DNA from: Phyllobates terribilis
Lineage: Eukaryota
NCBI RefSeq assembly: GCF_046119375.1
Contig: NW_027362768.1
Coordinates: forward strand, 157,914,001-157,978,000
Length of the DNA stretch: 64,000 nt
Direction of reading: 5' to 3'
Under the pieces are notes generated by a model. It saw only the letters and a list, made by a program, of their open reading frames with translations, did no database searches and was not told the origin of the DNA. A program made the translations under genes and the position numbers. This document shows positions 62,701-64,000 of this stretch, in pieces (the first letter of the stretch is position 1; each line of letters begins with the position of its first letter).

Positions 62701-63591
62701 ACACTGGATGCTGAATACAACTCCCATCATTGTCTCTGAGATCAGCGCGAGCAGGGGACAATGATGAGAGCTGCCTCCAGCAGTCGGTGCAGGGGATCAG
62801 CGTGAACTGTACTGCTGATTCCCAGACGCCGGTACGTGTCACGCTGATAACACACGTATGTCATCTGTGTGTCATCTGTGTGCACGTGTGCAGCATGCAT
62901 TTTGTGAGTGCTGCACCAAAAAACCTGTCATGTCTGCGGGTTTCTCACATGGACACACAGCCCGTGTGACAAACCTGACATCTGCGCACACCCACTGAAT
63001 ACAATGGTTGTGGGTATGTCAGTATTTGCGGCCCTTTAAAAACGGACAGCATACGGACATACAAAACAGACCTGTGAATAGGGCCTTACAACGTGTAAAA
63101 GTAACCGCGTCGTCTGGAAATCATCAGGACAGGATTTTAGCCTTTGAGTTTGATTCCAGAAAAGTCTCAGTAAATCACAGGTTATGCGGCTTTTGCAGAA
63201 ACTCATTGTTTTCCAATATGGAAAAAAGTTGTGAGAGTTTTTGCAACTTTCCGAAACTTCTGAATAGAGAATATGCCAAATTGTCCAGCCATGAAGCCCG
63301 CTCTCCAATATCAGCAGGCAGATTGTTGTTGGGGCGTATAGTAATTGGATGATGATTACTGTTATGGCAGCAAGATTTATCGTCACCCGGATTTCCAGAA
63401 ATGATGGGTGTTATTGTTACATCATAAGAGAAAAGAACAACTCAATGACTTTTACTACAAGGAAGATCCAGAGCATCGTCTAATGGAAACCCGGAAAAGA
63501 AAAGTCACTCCACATACCAGTCAGGAGAACACGTGGCGAGCTGGACGCAGTAACCGCTTTTATTCTCATAAGGATATCCAGTCCGAGTTAT
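35735..63591 (-). CDS. DNAI3: DNAI3/WDR63 copy I, last 10 exons (5' part lies beyond the right edge)
   Basis: Exons 63518-63591, 61288-61435, 46877-46964, 44774-44904, 43144-43207, 40005-40135, 38966-39170, 38388-38479, 36001-36123, 35735-35869 (stop). Same lengths and phases as copy II, no stops seen. Introns carry the DIRS, LTR and LINE insertions. Confidence 0.9.
36200..37955. repeat. ~3 x 592-bp tandem repeat, paralogue of 12740-14495
   Basis: Near-identical sequence at +23460. Confidence 0.93.
40328..43073 (-). mobile_element. 5'-truncated L2/CR1-superfamily LINE (L2-like), only in copy I
   Basis: 3' tail is (TAA)n on + at 40328-40349. Copy II has the empty site gacccaa|gaaaatggagg at ~16870. 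The 5' end is truncated inside the endonuclease domain. At most a 2-nt (aa) TSD. Confidence 0.93.
40685..43071 (-). pseudogene. LINE ORF2 (end of APE endonuclease plus reverse transcriptase), one in-frame stop
   Basis: FNIPIN, LSDHNIL (endonuclease end), [47 protein letters not shown] single TAG at 41306-41308 separates two ORFs in the same frame. Confidence 0.92.
43723..44147. mobile_element. Penelope-like inverted relic with hammerhead-like motif, paralogue of 17520-17944
   Basis: CTGATGA at 44020-44026, GAAATGCGTT at 44045-44054; inverted arms 43890-43994 / 44043-44147. Confidence 0.55.
46250..46680. repeat. Degenerate ~27-28-bp minisatellite, paralogue of 20010-20800
   Basis: Same unit, fewer copies. 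Confidence 0.9.
48299..48397. repeat. DIRS internal complementary region (ICR)
   Basis: 48299-48362 is the reverse complement of the left terminus (47979-48042, ~4 differences). 48362-48397 is the exact reverse complement of the right terminus. The two halves are joined at TTT. Confidence 0.93.
48424..49467 (-). repeat. 3' LTR (1044 bp)
   Basis: tgtaacggg...ggcgctaca, with internal tandem subrepeats. Confidence 0.96.
49438..52737 (-). CDS. Pol polyprotein: protease, RT, RNase H, integrase, chromodomain
   Basis: Open from the GGGAAAC slippery site. LDSGAAGN (PR), VYLDDILVF (RT), [14 protein letters not shown] (RNase H), H-H-C-C zinc finger, MDFITDL / SDRGVQF / GQVER (integrase), [41 protein letters not shown] (chromodomain). 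The stop lies inside the 3' LTR. Confidence 0.97.
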   Translation of the reverse strand, partial: GKHLCLGSLREVDLDKNKSSPSLLLSVSIVCGENRYFELAQLDSGAAGNLISQSLVEKYRIPTKPLAVPLSVAAVDGGLLPRPIQLITESITLQVGMLHSESISFHVLPGLSHALLLGLPWLQRHAPVLDWQTGEVLRWGQDCHKTCLVPVHPVRPSPTPANLPGLPIPYWSYADVFNKKEAETLPPHRPYDCPIDLLPGTTPPRGRIYPLSAAETRSMSEYIEENLARGFIRKSTSLAGAGFFFVKKKDGSLRPCIDYRGLNQITVKNKYPLPLIPELFDRLRGARIFTKLDLRGAYNLVRIRQGDEWKTAFNTRDGHYEYLVMPFGLCNAPAVFQELVNDIFRDLLYSCVVVYLDDILVFSPDLQTHRRDVRQVLLRLRQNHLFAKYEKCLFEQTSLPFLGYIISQTGLRMDPEKLSAIEKWPRPQGLKAIQRFLGFANYYRLFIPHFSSRTAPISALTRKGTNPKEWPPEAEEAFLSLKQAFSSAPVLYRPDGNKQFFLEVDASSSGAGAVLTQKSSSGRMVTCGFFSKLFSSSERNYSIGDRELLAIKLALEEWRYLLEGALHPVIIYTDHKNLAYLQHAQRLNPRQARWSLFFARFDFVLHFRPADKNVKADALSRSFLVSDLEEDPKHIIDPARVMQVAPVSLNRLPPGKTFVSVPDREKILHWGHSSKLAGHAGQKKTLQLITRHYWWPTLHKDVIDFVSACVSCARNKVPRHLPAGRLLPLSVPAAPWQHIAMDFITDLPVSAGCTVIWVVADRFSKKAHFVPLPGLPSAPELAKDFIRHIFRLHGLPLHIVSDRGVQFTSHFWRATCKLLDVTLDFSSAYHPQSNGQVERINQNLTSYLRHFVNAHHSDWVDLLPWAEFSYNNHESESSSKSPFFVVFGQHPRIPFPVSTSVDNPAAESLVSKFSSIWESTRSALLQSSERMKRHADKKRLDPPQFRPGDKVWLSSKYVRLKIPSYKLGPRFIGPLEVISQINPVAYKLKLPANLRIPNSFHVSLLKPVLLNSFSKSTGTPPAPVSAEDEFEVENILATKRVRGKTFFLVDWKGFGPEERTWEPRENIHAPLILAKFLSGLKKGGPKGGGYCSAGVPALC
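52719..53668 (-). pseudogene. Gag with CCHC zinc knuckle, broken by a 1-bp frameshift
   Basis: [10 protein letters not shown]...[11 protein letters not shown] continues in another frame as [12 protein letters not shown]...[14 protein letters not shown]; the break is in a C-run near 53262-53265. Confidence 0.9.
53682..54770 (-). repeat. 5' LTR (1089 bp) with TATA box at 54550-54556
   Basis: Matches the 3' LTR except for ~8-9 substitutions or small indels and one extra 45-bp subrepeat. Confidence 0.96.
54809..55791 (-). pseudogene. DIRS tyrosine recombinase (frameshifted)
   Basis: [40 protein letters not shown] (R...H-x-x-R...Y signature); split over ORFs 55393-55791 and 54809-55501. Confidence 0.92.
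55886..57300 (-). pseudogene. DIRS RT / RNase H / methyltransferase-like ORF (fragmented)
   Basis: [42 protein letters not shown] (RT); [31 protein letters not shown] (RNase H); [11 protein letters not shown] (MT-like). Several frameshifts and deletions. Confidence 0.9.
57400..58896 (-). pseudogene. DIRS gag-like ORF1 (fragmented)
   Basis: N-terminal Cys motif (CTAC...YQDC); [24 protein letters not shown]...DRQME segment of the type seen in amphibian DIRS ORF1; position upstream of RT. Confidence 0.7.
60384..60597. mobile_element. MITE, paralogue of 874-1087
   Basis: Near-identical sequence at +59510. Confidence 0.8.
61840..62195. mobile_element. Tc1-like terminal fragment, paralogue of 2330-2685
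   Basis: Near-identical sequence at +59510. Confidence 0.6.
62233..63085. mobile_element. Harbinger-like element, paralogue of 2723-3574
   Basis: Near-identical sequence at ~+59510. Confidence 0.6.
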
Positions 63592-63730
63592 CTGAAAAGT
63601 AAAAATCACACAAACAAATATGGATTTATTATAAAATATTGTTTGTATGAACGTAGGGTTACATGGCATTAAATCTCATAAAGGCCTAAAACCTGGAATG
63701 GATGGAGACAATTTTCTAAATACATTACTC

Positions 63731-64000
63731 ATACTGATCCTGAGTTACATCCTGTATTATACTCCAGAGCTGCACTCACTATTCTGCTGATGCAGTCACT
63801 GTGTACATACATTACATTACTTATCCTGTACTGATCCTGAGTTACCTCCTGTATTATACTCCAGAGCTGCACTCACTATTCTGCTGGTGGAGTCACGATG
63901 TACATACATTACATTACTTATCCTGTACTGATCCTGAGTTACATCCTGTATTATACTCCAGAGCTGCACTCACTATTCTGCTGGTGCAGTCACTGTGTAC
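63731..64000. repeat. ~97-bp minisatellite, runs off the right edge
   Basis: Same unit as 4221-4668. Confidence 0.95.

Larger units (their letters stand above)
1..64000. repeat. Tandem segmental duplication array of a ~22-23.5 kb core unit carrying the 3' part of DNAI3; longer period of 59,510 bp
   Basis: The same sequences and ORFs recur at fixed offsets: 1559..1921 vs 61069..61431 (+59510), 6984..7295 vs 30447..30758 (+23463), 1921 vs 23490 (+21569), 20945 vs 46811 (+25866). Offsets change where insertions or minisatellites differ. Confidence 0.97.

Noticed and set aside
1-64000. rRNA, tRNA or prokaryotic/phage defence system
   Set aside because: Nothing recognisable; the sequence is intron-exon vertebrate DNA with transposons.

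Overview
Eukaryotic genomic DNA, very likely from a frog (inferred from the repeat content). There are no prokaryotic features. The window is a tandem segmental amplification of the 3' part of DNAI3/WDR63 (axonemal dynein intermediate chain) on the - strand, with three copies: copy I (from beyond 64000 to its stop at 35735), copy II (30760 to 12275) and copy III (7297 to beyond the left edge). Copy II can be followed completely: 13 exons, all splice phases compatible, 508 codons with no stop, but no recognisable upstream exons. Bases 1-4490 recur at 59511-64000 (period 59,510 bp). The copies differ by young insertions: a 12.1-kb DIRS1-like tyrosine-recombinase retrotransposon (ITRs and ICR visible, empty site in copy II), a nearly intact Tf1/sushi-type chromovirus nested inside it (self-priming PBS, GGGAAAC frameshift, 5-bp TSD) and a 5'-truncated L2-like LINE. 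There are also a solo LTR, a Penelope-like inverted repeat with a degenerate hammerhead motif, Tc1 and Harbinger-type relics, and several minisatellites of variable copy number. Most short ORFs in the supplied track are artefacts. Family names, percent identities and comparisons with human WDR63 come from recall and eye alignment, not from database searches.
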